This document shows positions 1 through 9,320 of a stretch of DNA of 64,000 nt, piece by piece. Source of the stretch: an uncultured delta proteobacterium (GTDB taxonomy: Bacteria; Desulfobacterota; Binatia; Binatales; Binataceae). The stretch spans positions 640,001 to 704,000 of the forward strand of contig CAVQEQ010000001.1 of the NCBI GenBank assembly GCA_963711565.1, written 5' to 3'. Numbering within the stretch: position 1 is the first letter of the stretch; each line of letters begins with the position of its first letter. Both the position numbers and the translations under genes were made by a program. The notes below the pieces were generated by a model. It saw only the letters and a program-made list of their open reading frames with translations. It had not been told where the DNA came from and made no database searches.

Positions 1-2
1 AG

Positions 3-656
3 GCGGGCGTCCCGGTTGGCGCCGACCTGAAAGGTTTTGCCGGCGCGATTTATTTCAGCTTCGTAACCGCGACTTCCGTCGGTTATGGCGACATCGTTCC
101 CGTCGGGTTCGCGCGCGCAATCGCGGTCGCGGAAGCAATCAGTGCGCTACTCATCTTCGGCGCGGTGGTCGCCAAGTTCGTTTCGCATCGGCAGGAAGAG
201 CTGGTGCTCGAAATACACCGCGTCACGTTTGAAGAACGACTCGCTCGTGTCCAGACAAATTTCAGCATGGTGATTTCCGAACTACTGTCGATCCAGGCGA
301 TGTGCGACGCACAGGCGCCGCTCAATGGAGTCGGCACGCGGTTGGACAGCGCGGCGCTGATCTTCCTCGGTGAGGTGCGAGCGATTCACGATCTCCTGTA
401 TCAGCCGCGGCTGATCGTTGAGGAAGGCGTCCTGGCCACCATTCTCGCCCTCCTGGCCTCTGCGATGAACGTATTGTCGGAGCTCTTGAGTCACTTGCCG
501 CCGACATTCGTGCGCTCACAGCCGTTGGAGATAGCGCTCGAGAACTTGACGCGCCTCGCTGGCGACATCTGCAGCACCTGCGTGCCTCACGAATATACAC
601 CGCGGCTCGTATTCTGGATGGACCGCATCCAGACGACCGCGCGGAAAATCAAGTAA
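3..656 (+). CDS. Potassium channel family protein (KcsA-type pore), 5' end truncated by window edge
   Basis: Frame is open from nt 3, upstream of the listed 165 start: ...FAGAIYFSFVTATSVGYGDIVPVGFARAIAVAEAISALLIFGAVVAKF. TSVGYGD is the K+ selectivity filter, with pore helix before and inner helix after. Confidence 0.9.
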   Translation, partial: AGVPVGADLKGFAGAIYFSFVTATSVGYGDIVPVGFARAIAVAEAISALLIFGAVVAKFVSHRQEELVLEIHRVTFEERLARVQTNFSMVISELLSIQAMCDAQAPLNGVGTRLDSAALIFLGEVRAIHDLLYQPRLIVEEGVLATILALLASAMNVLSELLSHLPPTFVRSQPLEIALENLTRLAGDICSTCVPHEYTPRLVFWMDRIQTTARKIK

Positions 657-664
657 GGCCGCGC

Positions 665-2176
665 ATGCCGCTCCCGAAGTTCGCAGATATCGTCGTCATC
701 GGCGGCGGCACCGCTGGCGCGGCAATCGCGGGTCTGCTCGCAGAGCATTCCGAGCAGTCAGTGCTGTTGCTCGAGGCCGGTCCGGACTATGGTCCGTTCG
801 CTGCGGGACGATGGCCCGCGGAGCTTACCGATGCGGGCGCGATACCCACCACGCACGACTGGGGCTACCACAGCGGCGAGCATTATGCGCCACGCGTGAT
901 CGGCTACGAGCGCGCTCGCGTGATCGGCGGATGCTCGTCGCACAATGGATGCGCCGCGATCTGGGGCAGCCGCGTCGATTACGACGGATGGGCCGCGCTC
1001 GGAAATCCGGGATGGTCAACGGACGAACTGCGTCCGCTGTTTCGTGCCGCCGCCGACCGTCTGCGGGTCAGGATTCCCGAGCCGGGCGAGATAACTCCCT
1101 TCCAGCGCGCAACCTTGCGCGCCGCCGCCGAAGCCGGAATCCCGCGCGTAGCTGATCTCAACAATCTCGATGAGAACCTTGGGATGGCGCCGAGTCCGGC
1201 AAACATCGTGAACGGCGTTCGTTGGAACACCGCTTTCGCCTATCTCGATCCGGTCCGCGATCGATCAAATCTGACTATTGTCGGCAACTCGCCGTGCGAC
1301 CGCCTCGAAATCATCTCGGGACGCGTGAACGCCATAATCGTCGCTGGACGCGAAGGTCCGGTTCGCGTTGAGGCGGGACGAGTGATCGTGGCGGCGGGAA
1401 CCTACGGCTCTCCCGCGATTCTTCTGCGCTCAGGGATCGGCGATGCATCTGAACTGCACTCCGTCAGCATCGCGTCAACTCTCGACCTGCCCGGAGTCGG
1501 CCGCAACCTTCATGATCATCCGCGGGTTTCGCTGAGCTATGCGGGGACGCGCGAGCTCGAAGAGATGACGACCGCGTTTGCGCGCGACCATTGGATGCCG
1601 GAGGAGCAAACGATCGCCAAGGCGCAATCCTTGCGATGCACGCGAGCGTTTGATCTGCACATCTATCCGGTCGGCGGTCCCGACAACACAACGCCAACCG
1701 GATGGCGATGGACGATCGAAGTCGCGTGCATGACGCCACGCTCTCGCGGCGCGCTCAGGATTACGAGCGTGGACAGCGGCGTGCCTCCGATCATCGACCA
1801 TCGCTACTTGTCCGATCCCGAGGGCGAAGATTTGCATGTGCTCGCCGACGGCGTCGCGCTGGCTCGCGAGATAGCCGCGAGACCCGCGCTGTCCCGGCTT
1901 GTGGGTAAAAAGATTGCACCGGACAGCAGCGTCGCGACGCGCGACCCGCTCGAGACGTTCATCAGGGCCAATTGTCTCCACTACTACCATCCGGTGGGGA
2001 CGTGCATGATGGGCCCGGCGAGCGATCGTGCCGCCGTCGTCGATTCGCGCGGCAGAATTCACGGGCTCGACAACGCTTACGTCGCTGACGCATCGATTAT
2101 GCCGATCATACCTCGCGCGAACACCAACGTTCCGGCGCTGGTCGTCGGCGAGCGAATCGCGCGCTGGTTGTTTTGA
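665..2176 (+). CDS. GMC family oxidoreductase (choline dehydrogenase-like)
   Basis: N-terminal GGGTAG FAD motif, ARVIGGCSSHNG, GVGRNLHDH, YYHPVGTC, VADASIMP..PRANTN. Confidence 0.92.
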   Translation: MPLPKFADIVVIGGGTAGAAIAGLLAEHSEQSVLLLEAGPDYGPFAAGRWPAELTDAGAIPTTHDWGYHSGEHYAPRVIGYERARVIGGCSSHNGCAAIWGSRVDYDGWAALGNPGWSTDELRPLFRAAADRLRVRIPEPGEITPFQRATLRAAAEAGIPRVADLNNLDENLGMAPSPANIVNGVRWNTAFAYLDPVRDRSNLTIVGNSPCDRLEIISGRVNAIIVAGREGPVRVEAGRVIVAAGTYGSPAILLRSGIGDASELHSVSIASTLDLPGVGRNLHDHPRVSLSYAGTRELEEMTTAFARDHWMPEEQTIAKAQSLRCTRAFDLHIYPVGGPDNTTPTGWRWTIEVACMTPRSRGALRITSVDSGVPPIIDHRYLSDPEGEDLHVLADGVALAREIAARPALSRLVGKKIAPDSSVATRDPLETFIRANCLHYYHPVGTCMMGPASDRAAVVDSRGRIHGLDNAYVADASIMPIIPRANTNVPALVVGERIARWLF

Positions 2177-2292
2177 ACGTCGTAAGCGTCCGCATCCTTT
2201 CTCCGCAAAAAACCGGCCTGCACAACAGGGGGGCGCCAACCCGTTCACTGGACAGCTGGAGGGGTCGATCCCAACCTGGCCAGTTCCAACAT

Positions 2293-2735
2293 CTAACGGC
2301 GCTTCATCATGCGATGGTCAACGCGCGCAACCACCTTGCCATTCTGATTGATCAGCGTAGATCGGATCACGGCAAATACCATCGTGCCGGTACGGCCGGT
2401 TTTCTCGTAGATATCTTTCAGTTCGGACGACACGCGAATTGAGTCGCCAGCCGAATCGGCGCCTCAAGCTCGAAGTCGATTCCGCCCATGAGCCCGCCGC
2501 CGCCGAAGCGCGGGATTTGATCGAAAACTTTGTCTGCGTAGCGAAATGAGGCGACGAACGCCGGCGGAGCGATGATTTCACCGTATGGGCCCGCCTTGGC
2601 TGCCTCCGGATCGACGTACAACGGATTGTGCTCGCCGACTGCGGCACAGAAGCTGGCGATCCTTTCTGCCGTCACGAGGTAGGGCGCACCCGCCTCGAAA
2701 GTGGCGCCCATCAGTTTTAAGTCGTCGTGTCGCAT
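2293..2735 (-). pseudogene. MaoC/FAS1-like dehydratase, frameshifted near 2450 (possibly a sequencing error)
   Basis: FCAAVGEHNPLYVD..IIAPPAF motif. Adding one base after ...EAPIR restores xGDSIRVSSELKDIYEKTGRTGTMVFAVIRSTLINQNGKVVARVDHRMMKRR* with the stop at 2293-2295. Confidence 0.8.
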
Positions 2736-2746
2736 CGTTCGACCAG

Positions 2747-3749
2747 TCAGATGCTTAACACCTTGGTTAAGAGGCCGGCCGTATGATCGCGAGCTGCCAG
2801 GTATTCTGCGAGGGTCCGGTCTACGAGTTCTGCCGCGCTTTGGATCCTATCTACGCCGGAGATCGAATGACCGGCGCTCCAGATGTCTTTGTAGCGCCGC
2901 GGTCCCTCGATTTCGGACTTACTGCTGAACTTTTTCGCAGCCTCTTCATTCGACAGGCGCGGCGGCAGCGTCGATGGATCGAGTCCCGCGGCAATCATTG
3001 AAGGCCGCAGCATGTTGGTGTCCAGGCCCGTGAATGCCTGGGTGAGCATCACGTCGTCCGTGCCCGACTCGACCAACATCTTCTTGTATCCCGGTGGCGC
3101 CATGCTCTCATGCGTCGCGATGAACTTCGTCCCCATGTAAGCAAGGTCGCAACCTAGAACCTCGGCAGCCCAGAGCGCATGACCGTCCGAGATTCCGCCG
3201 GCTGAGTACGATCGGTCCGGCGAACATCGCGCGCACTGCGCGGACGAAGGCTAGCGGATTGAGCCACCCGGTCTGCCCGCCCGCGCCCGCGGTCAGCAGG
3301 ATGAGGCCATCGACGCCCGCGACGATAGCTCTCTCAGTATGGTGAAGCGTCGCCACGTCCGCGAACACGATGCATCCAACGTCGTGCAGAGGTTTGATCG
3401 CTTCGGCGGGCGAGCCGACGCTCGTGATAACCATCTCGACACGATGCTTCACCAGCGCCTGCAGTTCGTCACGCATTTGCGCTCGTTTGATGATCAGGTT
3501 GGGGCAGAACGGTGCGGTAGGCCGATCGGCATTTTCGTCCGCCGCGCGGGCGAGATCACTTTTGATTTGTGTGAGCCATGCATCGACGCCCTCGATGGTT
3601 CGAGCATTAGCGAGCGGAAACGAACCGATCACACCCGCCTTGCATGCTGCTATTGCGAGATCAGGTCCAGAAACCGAGAGCATTGGAGCGGCGATCAATG
3701 GGAGCCGCAGCCGTTTCGCGATTTTATCCGTCAGACGATTCGACATCAT
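2747..3749 (-). pseudogene. Nitronate monooxygenase family flavoprotein, split by a frameshift near 3203 (possibly a sequencing error)
   Basis: PLIAAPML, GAGGQTG and WSAGH motifs. Removing one base joins ORFs 3108..3749 and 2747..3136 through the canonical VLAGGISDGHALWAAEVLGCDLAYMGTKFIAT. Confidence 0.85.
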
Positions 3750-3752
3750 CGT

Positions 3753-4904
3753 TCACGCGCCCTTCTGCAGAATATGAACGACGCAAACCGCGCCCACGCC
3801 GACCATGTGCGCGAGCCCGGTTTTTGCGTTCGGCTGTTGCCGCACGCCCGCTTCGCCGCGCAACTGCCGCGTGATTTCGGCGATCTGTCCGGCGCCGGTC
3901 GGACCGATCGGATGGCCCATCGCGAGAAGTCCGCCGGAAGCACTTACTGCGCAGCGTCCACCGATATCGAAATCGCCGGCCGCAATTGCGTGCGCGGCTT
4001 GACCAGGTCCGCATAGACCCAACGCCTCTGTGTACAGCAGCTCTTCGATCGTGAAGGCGTCATGCAATTCCATCAGATCGAGATCGCTGGGTGCGATGCC
4101 GGCTTCGCGGTATGCCTGCTCGACCGTTTCGCGAGTGAGCTCGGCGTCGAAATTTTTCGCGTCGCGATAAACTTGCTCGGTTTTTGTGACCGACGCGATG
4201 ACTCTGACTGCGCGATTGCGATCGATCCCGAGCTCCGCGATCGCATCGTCGGACGTAACGATCACCGCGGCTGCGCCTTCGCCGACGGGGCAGCATTGCA
4301 GGCGCGTCAGCGAGCCGGAAATCGCGGGACCGGCCATCACTTCCTCGAGGGTCACGGCTTTCTGGCGCTGCGCGTAAGGATTGTTCGCGCCGTTGCGATT
4401 GTTCTTGACGGCGACCTGCGCAATTTGTTCCGCGCTCACTCCGTAGCGAGTCATGTATTCCTGCGTGAGCAGCGCGAAGTGGGTGAAAGGTACCACACGA
4501 GAGCCGGCCAGATCGCGCATCCGGGTCTTACCGGGGGCTATCGCGACCGGACCCGGCTTATCCACTCCCACCGCGATCGATACGTCGGTTAATCCGCTCG
4601 CAACGTCGATGCACGCCTGGCGAAATGCGGTCGAGCCGGACGCTGACGCGTTCTCAACCTGCGCCATCGGAATTCCGGTCGCGCCGAGATGACGCAGCAT
4701 CGGTCGCGACGCCGCCATTCCGATCAGCGCCGTGCCGGTGTAAGCCGACTCGACCGATCGCCACTCAAGGGCGGCATCCGCGAGAGCTTCGCGCACCGCG
4801 GTAAGGCCGAGCTTCACGTACGGCGTTTCGCTGAGGCGCTGATATCGATGGAGGCCGATGCCGACCACGTAAACCGGACGCATCTCGCGAAGGTGCTTTT
4901 TCAT
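3753..4904 (-). CDS. SCP-x/lipid-transfer-type thiolase family protein lacking the nucleophilic Cys
   Basis: VENASASGS (usually ENACASG), ELHDAF, SGGLLAMGHPIGPTG, QLRGEAG.RQ; coupled to a DUF35 gene. Confidence 0.9.
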   Translation of the reverse strand: MKKHLREMRPVYVVGIGLHRYQRLSETPYVKLGLTAVREALADAALEWRSVESAYTGTALIGMAASRPMLRHLGATGIPMAQVENASASGSTAFRQACIDVASGLTDVSIAVGVDKPGPVAIAPGKTRMRDLAGSRVVPFTHFALLTQEYMTRYGVSAEQIAQVAVKNNRNGANNPYAQRQKAVTLEEVMAGPAISGSLTRLQCCPVGEGAAAVIVTSDDAIAELGIDRNRAVRVIASVTKTEQVYRDAKNFDAELTRETVEQAYREAGIAPSDLDLMELHDAFTIEELLYTEALGLCGPGQAAHAIAAGDFDIGGRCAVSASGGLLAMGHPIGPTGAGQIAEITRQLRGEAGVRQQPNAKTGLAHMVGVGAVCVVHILQKGA

Positions 4905-5323
4905 TTGCGTGCCTCAGTCCTGGCGAAGCGCATCTCCACCATCTCGTTGTTGTCCTGATCAGCACCGGCCACGACCAGCACGCTGTTCATGCGGTCGCCG
5001 ATGGCAAGTCCTTCATCGGTGCGGTTGGTCAATAGCGATCGAATAGCAGGCCCGTCGTCAAGGACGATCACGCCGACCGTAAACGGAGCTTCGATGTCTT
5101 TGCCCTGATGGAGATGAACAGTTGCGTACGAATGGAGCCGGCCGCATCCGCGCAATTCCGCGGCCGCGAGCTTTTCGGGCGGCGCGCCGCATGATTCGCA
5201 TCCGTAACGCTGCGGAGGGAAGAAGACATAGCCACACACGCGACACTTGCCGCCATTCAGCGCAGGATTGTCGGCGGTGTCTGGCGAGTAGAGTTCAGGT
5301 TGCACGGCTTTTCGATTAGGCAT
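4901..5323 (-). CDS. Zn-ribbon/OB-fold protein (DUF35 family), thiolase partner
   Basis: CRVCG..FFPP...CESCG followed by an OB-fold-like segment; stop overlaps the thiolase start. Confidence 0.88.
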   Translation of the reverse strand: MPNRKAVQPELYSPDTADNPALNGGKCRVCGYVFFPPQRYGCESCGAPPEKLAAAELRGCGRLHSYATVHLHQGKDIEAPFTVGVIVLDDGPAIRSLLTNRTDEGLAIGDRMNSVLVVAGADQDNNEMVEMRFARTEARK

Positions 5324-5339
5324 GGATTTCTCCGGCCCG

Positions 5340-5369
5340 ATGATACGATGAATTTTTTTCGCGCGTCAA
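5340..5369 (-). promoter_or_regulatory. Candidate sigma70 promoter for the DUF35-thiolase operon
   Basis: Minus strand reads TTGACG-18 nt-TATCAT, ending 16 nt upstream of the ATG at 5323. Confidence 0.55.
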
Positions 5370-5394
5370 TACTTGCAAGCTAACCAGCAAGTAT
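5369..5394. promoter_or_regulatory. Candidate TetR operator (8-bp inverted repeat)
   Basis: ATACTTGC-N10-GCAAGTAT in the short intergenic region between the divergent operon and tetR. Confidence 0.6.
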
Positions 5395-5410
5395 ATATCG
5401 TTGGCCCTCG

Positions 5411-6055
5411 ATGGCAATCTCGACTCAATCAAAGCGCGCGCCACGCCGGCGCCGCACACAAGCTCAGCGGCGAGAACTGTCCGATCAGCGAATGATCGAC
5501 GCAGCGTTCAAACTGATCGAACGCCAGGGCGGCAGCCGGACAACGCTGGTGGAAATCGGCGAGTTGTCGGGCTACAGCCACGGACTCGTCACCCATCGCT
5601 TCGGAACGAAGGGCGCGCTGGTACGCGCGGTGACCGACCGCCTGCAACGTGAGTTCGTAAAAATGCTGGAGCCCGCCTTGTCGGGGCTGCACGGAATGCA
5701 AGCCCTGATAGTTACCGCGGAAACATATTTGCGCGCGGCCGCGGCGAGCGATCGCAACGCGATGTACGTCTTGATCGGCGAGGCGCTTGGTCCGCTGCGC
5801 GAGATTCGAGGCGAGATGGCCGCGGCGGACCAAAAGTTCCGGACGTCGGTGCAGAAGTTGATCGAGGAAGGGGTGCGACTCGGAGAGATTCGCCCCGATG
5901 TCGATCCGGCCGCATACTCGGCGCTGTTTATAGGAATGCTGCGAGGATTGGTGGTGCAGCATCTGATGAAGCCGCGAGCCTTCGACATAGACCGCGTCTG
6001 TCGCGAGCTGATCCTGAGTGTCGAGCGAAACCTGAGGCCGGCCGATGCTCGATGA
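5411..6055 (+). CDS. TetR/AcrR family transcriptional regulator
   Basis: N-terminal HTH TTLVEIGELSGYSHGLVTHRFGTK; C-terminal GVRLGEIRPDVDP. Confidence 0.92.
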   Translation: MAISTQSKRAPRRRRTQAQRRELSDQRMIDAAFKLIERQGGSRTTLVEIGELSGYSHGLVTHRFGTKGALVRAVTDRLQREFVKMLEPALSGLHGMQALIVTAETYLRAAAASDRNAMYVLIGEALGPLREIRGEMAAADQKFRTSVQKLIEEGVRLGEIRPDVDPAAYSALFIGMLRGLVVQHLMKPRAFDIDRVCRELILSVERNLRPADAR

Positions 6056-7268
6056 CGTTCGCGTGCTTGAAGTCTCCGCGCCCGCGACGATGCTCGCAGG
6101 GCGGATTCTCGCCGATCTCGGCGCCGACGTCGTCGTGGTTGAACCGCCCGCAGGATCGCCCGGGCGGCGGCTTGCGCCGTTCCTCGACGACCAACCCGGG
6201 ATCGAGCGGAGCCTCACCTGGCACGCGCTGAACTACAACAAACGCGGAATCACGCTTGACCTGTCGACACCAGACGGGAAGTCGTTGATGCGAGACCTCG
6301 CCACGAAATTTGACGTATTAATCGAAGCGACCTGCGCGCGCAGAAAGTCGCCGCTGGACTCGATCCAGTTTGCGCCGCGTACTATCCGATGCACGATCGC
6401 TCCGTTCGCGCGCACCGGCCCGAAGAGCGAATACGCGGCGACGGATTTCACCGTAATGGCGGCGAGCGGTGCGCCGGCGATGACGGGAGATATCGATCGC
6501 CCGCCACTGTTTTTTCCCGTCCCGCAAGCAATGATGGAGGCTGCCGCTGATGCCGCGATCGCGACCCTGGCAGGACTGATCGCGCGCGATCGCGATGGCG
6601 TCGGCCAGCGCGCGGAAGTATCGGCAAGGATCGCCGCGATGATGGGCTCGTTCGGCCAGGCGCTCGTTCCGGGTTCAGGCAATCCGGAGGGCAAACGTTC
6701 ACAAGGCGCGATGGCGATTGCGGGCGTGCAAGTCCCGAGTGTCTATGAATGTGCGGACGGCTTCACACTGATTACGATCGGCTTCGGCCCGGTTTTCGGT
6801 CAGATGACGCAGCGTCTTGCGAAGTGGGCGGCCGAAGAAGGGCACGCGGATCGCAGAATCGCCGAGATAAGCTGGCCGTCGTTCATCGGCGATCTGTCGG
6901 CGCGAAAAACATCGCCATCGGATCTGCAAGCGCTCGTTGATGGGCTCAAGTCGCTCGCACGATCGAAGACCAAGGCTGAGCTGGCGGAAAGCTCGCGGAA
7001 GCTTGGTCTGCTTTCGTCGCCTGTTATGAACATGAGAGACGTCGCCGAGTACCTGCAGTACCGCGAGCGCGGACTTTTCGCGGCGGTAAATCTCGATGCG
7101 GGCCGCGAGATCGACGCGCCAGCGCGCTTTGCACAATTCTCGAACTACTCGATCGAGATCAAACGACCCGCGCCGAAATTGTCTGAACACTCCGCCGGGA
7201 TCTTTGAAGCAGAACTCGGCCTTTCCAAGAATGAAATCCAGGCGCTGTTCGTCGCCGGAGCAATCTAG
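6045..7268 (+). CDS. Class III CoA-transferase (CaiB/BaiF family), probable non-catalytic subunit
   Basis: LDDVRVLE, GRILADLGADVVVVEPP, NYNKRGITLDL, PAPKLSEH; no Asp at the expected catalytic position (PQAMMEAAA). Confidence 0.88.
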   Translation: MLDDVRVLEVSAPATMLAGRILADLGADVVVVEPPAGSPGRRLAPFLDDQPGIERSLTWHALNYNKRGITLDLSTPDGKSLMRDLATKFDVLIEATCARRKSPLDSIQFAPRTIRCTIAPFARTGPKSEYAATDFTVMAASGAPAMTGDIDRPPLFFPVPQAMMEAAADAAIATLAGLIARDRDGVGQRAEVSARIAAMMGSFGQALVPGSGNPEGKRSQGAMAIAGVQVPSVYECADGFTLITIGFGPVFGQMTQRLAKWAAEEGHADRRIAEISWPSFIGDLSARKTSPSDLQALVDGLKSLARSKTKAELAESSRKLGLLSSPVMNMRDVAEYLQYRERGLFAAVNLDAGREIDAPARFAQFSNYSIEIKRPAPKLSEHSAGIFEAELGLSKNEIQALFVAGAI

Positions 7269-7269
7269 G

Positions 7270-8478
7270 ATGTCGGCACCGCTGGCAGGCGTTAACGTGC
7301 TCGATTTGAGCTGGGTCATGGTCGGACCGGCCAGTGGCCGCTACCTCGCTGACATGGGCGCAGACGTTATCAAGGTCGAGAGTTCAAAACGCATCGATCC
7401 GGTGCGCACGCTTGGTCCGTTCAAGGATGGAAAGGCGGGGCCCGAACGCTCGGTCAGCTATCACAACCTCAACGCCGGCAAGCGGTGTATCGCGATCGAT
7501 ATTCGCCTGCCCGAGGGTCGCGAGATCATTTTGCGACTCGCGCAATGGGCGGACGTCGTGCTGGAGAGCTTCACGCCCGGCGTGCTGGAAACGCTTCATC
7601 TCGGATACCCGGATCTGCGCCGGCGCAATGAGCGGATTATCATGGCGTCCACCAGCCTGCTCGGACAAACGGGTCCGTATGCGCAGGGCACCAGCGGAGT
7701 CGGCACGATGGGCGCGGCGATGTCGGGCGCGACGTATCAAATCGGGTGGCCCGATCGCGAGCCCGCGGGCCCATTCGGTCCATGGACGGACGCGGTGACG
7801 CCGAGATTTATCGTCGCGAGTATCCTGGCCGCGCTACATCGCAGATCGCGCACCGGAACGGGCAGCTATATCGATGTCGCGCAGGCCGAAGCAGGAATCC
7901 AGTTCATGCTGCCCGCATACTACGAGTGCGCTGCAAATGGCGCGATTCCGGAGCGTCGTGGCGTCGCGGGATCGCCCTTGCAAGTGCCTCAGGGTTTGTT
8001 TCGATGCAGCGGAGAGGATCGATGGATTGCCATCGATGCGTCGGCTCCAAATCATTGGGAGGCACTTCGTGCGGTGATCGCGGAAATGTGCGACGCGAGA
8101 TTCGACACGATAGTCGGCCGGATGCGCAATCGCGCTGAGCTCGAGGCGGCTATTTCAAAGTGGACACGCGCGCAGGAAGCAGCAGCAGTCGAGCATCGCC
8201 TGCAAGCGGCTGGAGTGCCGGCGCATGTCGTCAGCCGAAGCGGTGACTTCGCGCGCGATGTCGATCTTCGCGAAGCAGGCCATCTCCACAAGATCATCGA
8301 TCCGGTTTTCGGCGAAGCGGAAATCGAGGGGCCGCGGTTCTCGCTCGAGCGCACGCCGCTTCCGCCGACTCGGCGAGGGCCCCGAATCGGTGAGCACACG
8401 AAGGAAGTGCTGGCGACCGTCCTGGGAATGTCGGAGTCGGAAATCGCGCAATTGAGTGAGGCGGGCTTGCTCGCCTAG
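7270..8478 (+). CDS. Class III CoA-transferase (CaiB/BaiF family)
   Basis: Start re-chosen at ATG 7270 (MSAPLAGVNVLDLSW). LADMGADVIKVES, NAGKRCIAID, DVVLESFTPG, GPWTD with putative catalytic Asp, PRIGEHT. Confidence 0.9.
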   Translation: MSAPLAGVNVLDLSWVMVGPASGRYLADMGADVIKVESSKRIDPVRTLGPFKDGKAGPERSVSYHNLNAGKRCIAIDIRLPEGREIILRLAQWADVVLESFTPGVLETLHLGYPDLRRRNERIIMASTSLLGQTGPYAQGTSGVGTMGAAMSGATYQIGWPDREPAGPFGPWTDAVTPRFIVASILAALHRRSRTGTGSYIDVAQAEAGIQFMLPAYYECAANGAIPERRGVAGSPLQVPQGLFRCSGEDRWIAIDASAPNHWEALRAVIAEMCDARFDTIVGRMRNRAELEAAISKWTRAQEAAAVEHRLQAAGVPAHVVSRSGDFARDVDLREAGHLHKIIDPVFGEAEIEGPRFSLERTPLPPTRRGPRIGEHTKEVLATVLGMSESEIAQLSEAGLLA

Positions 8479-8513
8479 CTGGAACGCAAGACAAATCGGC
8501 TGGAGGAAATGAC

Positions 8514-9305
8514 TTGAGCAGTAACATCCTCGATCTCAAAGGACGCGTCGGCCTGGTGACCGGCGCTGGACAGGGCGTTGGACGCGCAGTCGCGCTTCGC
8601 TTCGCTGAGAATAATGCGGGCGGCGTGGTCGTCAACGACTTTCGTCTCGAGCGCGCTGAGAGCGTTGCCGCCGAGGTGGAGAAGCTGGGCGTCAAGGCCG
8701 TCGCCGCGCAGTGCGACGTGACCAGCTTTGCGTCGGTCACTGCGATGTTTGAAAAAGCGCGCGCGGCTTTCGGCAAAGTCGATATCCTGGTGAACAACGC
8801 GGGCAACGCCGGCCCGGATCCGGGCGCGGTCGCGCGCAAACCCTTCTGGGAGCAGGAGCCGAAGGATTGGGAGGCCTTCCTCGGCACCAACCTCTTCGGC
8901 GTGCTGAACTGCGTGCGAATCGCCGGACCGGGAATGATCGCCAACCAGTACGGCAAGATCGTGACTGTAATCTCCGATGCCGGGCGGGTCGGCGAGCCTC
9001 ATCTGGAGATCTATTCGGGCGCCAAGGCGGGCGCCGCAGGCTTCATGCGGGCCGTCGCGAAGAACCTTGGCCGCGCGGGAATCACCGCCAACTGTGTCGC
9101 ATTGGGCGCCACGCGGACGCCCGCGATCGAGCGCGCCGCCTCGGACCCGGAGGCCGTCAAGCGAATGCTGAAGGTTTATCAGATCAAGCGCCTCGGCGAG
9201 CCGGAGGACGCTGCCAACATGATTTTGTTTCTTAGCTCCGATGCGGCGAGCTGGATCACCGGACAGACAATTCCGGTCAACGGCGGTTACTCGTTCGCGA
9301 TGTAA
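8514..9305 (+). CDS. Short-chain dehydrogenase/reductase
   Basis: TGAGQGVG, DILVNNAG, YSGAK (YxxxK), ITGQTIPVNGG; GGAGG RBS upstream. Confidence 0.93.
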   Translation: MSSNILDLKGRVGLVTGAGQGVGRAVALRFAENNAGGVVVNDFRLERAESVAAEVEKLGVKAVAAQCDVTSFASVTAMFEKARAAFGKVDILVNNAGNAGPDPGAVARKPFWEQEPKDWEAFLGTNLFGVLNCVRIAGPGMIANQYGKIVTVISDAGRVGEPHLEIYSGAKAGAAGFMRAVAKNLGRAGITANCVALGATRTPAIERAASDPEAVKRMLKVYQIKRLGEPEDAANMILFLSSDAASWITGQTIPVNGGYSFAM

Positions 9306-9320
9306 CCGATAGGTAACAGC

